The notes below the pieces were generated by a model. The model was given only the letters and a program-made list of their open reading frames with translations. It was not told where the DNA came from and made no database searches. DNA of 64,000 nucleotides, taken from the NCBI RefSeq assembly GCF_009914755.1, contig NC_060946.1, one strand, 5' to 3'. Source of the stretch: the human T2T-CHM13v2.0 reference genome, Homo sapiens. The position numbers and the translations under genes are program-made. Below are positions 62,001 through 64,000 of this stretch, piece by piece. How positions within the stretch are numbered: position 1 is the stretch's first letter; every line of letters begins with the position of its first letter.

Positions 62001-64000
62001 TAAAGGAGTTTCTGAGAATGTTTCTGTCTAGTGGTTATGGGAAGATATTTGCTTTTTCACCGTAGGCCTCAGAGCGCTCCAAATATCCACTTGCACATAC
62101 TACAAAAAGAGTGCTTCAAAGCTGCTCTCTGAAACGGAATGTTCAACTGTATGGGTTGAATGCAAACATCCCAAAGACGTTTCTGAGAATGCTTCTGTCT
62201 AGATTTGATATGAAGATATTCCCGTTTCCAACGAAATCTTCAAATCTATCCAAATGTCCACTTGCAGATTCAACAAAAAGTGTTTTTCAGAACTGCTCTA
62301 TCAAAAGAAAGATCCACCTCTGTTAGCTGAGTTCACACATCACAAACAAGTTTATGAGAATGCTTCTGTCAAGTTTTTATTTGAAGATATTTCCTTTCTC
62401 ACCATAGACCTGAAAGCTGTCCTAATGTTCACTTCCAGATACTACAGAAAGAGTGTTTCAAAACTGCTGTACGAAAGGGAATGTTCAACTCTGTGACTTG
62501 AATGCACACATCACAAAGAAGTTTCTGAGGATGCTGCTGTCTACTTTTTATACGTAATCCCGTTTCCAACGAAATCCTCCAAGCTATCCAAATATCCACT
62601 TGCAGATTCCACAGAAAGACTGTTTCAAAACTGCTCTGTCAATAGAAAGGTTCAACTCTGTTAGCTGCGTGCATATATCCCAAAGAAGATTCTGAGATTG
62701 CTTCTGTCTAGTTTTTATGGGAAGATATTTCCCTTTTCACCGTAGGCGTCAAGGCGCTCCAAATGTCCACTTCCAGATACTACAAAAAGAGTGTTTCAAA
62801 CCTACTCTGTGGAAGGGAATATTCAACTCTGTGACTTGAATGCAGATATCACAAAGAAGTTTCTGAGAATGCTTCTGTCGAGATTTTATATGAAGATATT
62901 CCCGTTTCCAACGAAATCTTGAAATCTATCCAAATATCCCCTCGCAGATTCTACAAAAAGAGTGTTTCAACACTGCTCTGTAAAAAGAAAGGTTCAACTC
63001 TGTTGGTTGAGTACACACATCACAAACAAGTTTCACAGAATGCTTCTTTCTAGCTTGTAGGGGAAGATATTTCCTTTATCACCATGGTTCTCAAACCGTC
63101 CGAAACGTCCACTTCCATATACTACAAAAACAGTGTTTGAAACCTGCTCTATGAAAGGCAATGTTCAACTCTGTGACTTGAATGCAGACATCACAGAGCA
63201 GTTTCTGAGAATGCTTCTGTCCAGACTTTATAGGAAGATATTCCCGTTTCCAACGAAATCTTCACAGCTATCCAAATATCCACTTGCAGATAGTACAAAA
63301 AGAGTGTATCAGAAATGCTCTGTCAAAAGGAAAGTTCTTCTCTGCTAGTTGAGTACATACGTCATAAAGAAGTTTCTGAGAATGTTCCTGTCTAGTGGTT
63401 ATGGGAAGATATTTGCTTTTTCCCCGTAGGCCTCAAAGCGGTCCAAATGTCCACTTGCACATACTACAAAAAGAGTGCTTCAAAGCTCCTCTCAGAAAGG
63501 GAATGTTCAACTCTATGAGTTGAATGCAAACATCACAAAGGCGTTTCTGAGAATGCTTCTGTCTAGATTTGATATGAAGATATTCCCGTTTCCAACGAAA
63601 TCTTCAAATCTATCCAAATGTCCACTTGCAGATTCAACAAAGTGTTTTTCAAAACTGCTGTATCAAAAGAAAGATCCACCACTGTTAGCTGAGTTCACAC
63701 TTCACAAACAAGTTTATCAGAATGCTTCTGTCTAGTTTTTATTTGAAGATATATCCTTTCTCACTATAGACCTGAAAGCTCTCCTAAAGTTCACTTCCAG
63801 ATACTACAGAAAGAGTTTTTCAAAACTGCTGTACGAAAGGGAATGTTCAACTCTGTGACTTGAATGCACACGTCACAAGGAAGATTCTGAGGATGCTGCT
63901 GTCTACTTTTTATACGTAATCCCGTTTCCAAAGAAATCCCCCAAGCTATCCAAATATCCACTTGCAGATTCCACAGAAAGACTGTTTCAAAACTGCTCTG
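50050..64000. repeat. 4-HOR block duplication (period 5452) containing a nested 2-HOR duplication (period 2726)
   Basis: ADFTEQ variant at 50883, 56335 and 59061; QICDL variant at 57697 and 60423; pairs 54076/62254 and 55297/63475 offset by 8178 = 5452 + 2726. Confidence 0.92.

Larger units (their letters stand above)
1..64000 (-). repeat. Alpha-satellite higher-order repeat array: 8-mer HOR (1364/1362 bp), ~47 copies, dimeric A/B organisation
   Basis: Alphoid motifs (ttctgagaatgcttctgtctag, gttcaactctgtgacttgaatgca, tccacttgcagattc) recur every ~171 bp. Homologous ORF starts recur at 119, 2845, 4207, 5569, 8294, 9656 ... 60423, i.e. at multiples of 1362-1364 bp. No interruption or change of orientation seen. 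Confidence 0.99.
1..64000 (-). other. Probable SF2 acrocentric array D14Z9/D22Z1 (S2C14/22H1-type 8-mer); chr14 and chr22 cannot be distinguished by eye
   Basis: The - strand reads ggatagct..gatttcgttggaaacggga (SF2-like B monomer). It also contains 'gaggcccatggtgataaagggaatatcttcccctacaagctagaaagaagcattctgtgaaac', which I recognise from the 13/21 and 14/22 acrocentric alphoid families. The 8-mer period (not the 11-mer of 13/21), one TaqI site (gtcgag) and usually two XbaI sites per HOR fit 14/22. Based on recall, not a database search. Confidence 0.75.

Noticed and set aside
119-63735. About 100 repeated 65-113 aa ORFs (MKGNVQLCDL…, MLQSCSLKGN…) that resemble a tandem multigene family
   Set aside because: They are translations of satellite monomers: they recur at HOR period, many start at GTG/TTG, 'KIFPFPTKS' is simply the CENP-B box, and they are freely broken by frameshifts, stops and start loss with no sign of coding constraint.
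210-63950. Regularly spaced conserved 17-35 bp motif resembling a CRISPR array
   Set aside because: The 'spacers' are ~320 bp, homologous to each other and repeat with the HOR; no cas genes. The motif is the CENP-B box.
1-64000. Possible embedded L1/Alu insertion, inversion or unique island
   Set aside because: HOR spacing is accounted for throughout (1361-1364 bp, plus one 1704 bp), leaving no room for an insertion. No poly(A) tail or strand switch seen.
1-64000. Assignment to the SF1 8-mer arrays (D10Z1, D12Z3) or to the 13/21 array
   Set aside because: Monomers lack the SF1 J1/J2 signatures I recall (e.g. gaggccttcgttggaaacgggatttcttc), and the canonical 13/21 HOR is an 11-mer. An HMM classification would settle it.
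1-64000. Sequence being a computationally generated centromere model rather than a true assembly
   Set aside because: Rare variants stay in phase over 5-8 kb blocks, which a short-order monomer-chain model would not be expected to produce. Local mis-assembly of near-identical duplicates is still not excluded.

Overview
The whole 64 kb window is primate (almost certainly human) centromeric alpha-satellite DNA, with no credible genes, transposon insertions, inversions or non-satellite sequence visible. ~171-bp monomers alternate as A-type (pJalpha-like site) and B-type (CENP-B box) and form an 8-monomer higher-order repeat (HOR) of 1364 or 1362 bp. There are about 47 copies, all in one orientation (the conventional alphoid strand is the - strand). 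The monomer sequences look like suprachromosomal family 2, acrocentric type; with the 8-mer period and one TaqI site per HOR, the best fit is the chr14/22 array (D14Z9/D22Z1, S2C14/22H1), recalled from memory rather than searched. All ORFs in the track are stop-free stretches of the repeat. I found no new protein-coding system. What the sequence does show is a readable record of array evolution: two interleaved HOR haplotypes, one 10-mer variant joined at a CENP-B box, nested 1-, 2- and 4-HOR block duplications (one breakpoint localised to ~7 bp), dispersed block copies, and heritable clusters of broken CENP-B boxes. Variant comparisons were made by eye, so block boundaries are approximate.
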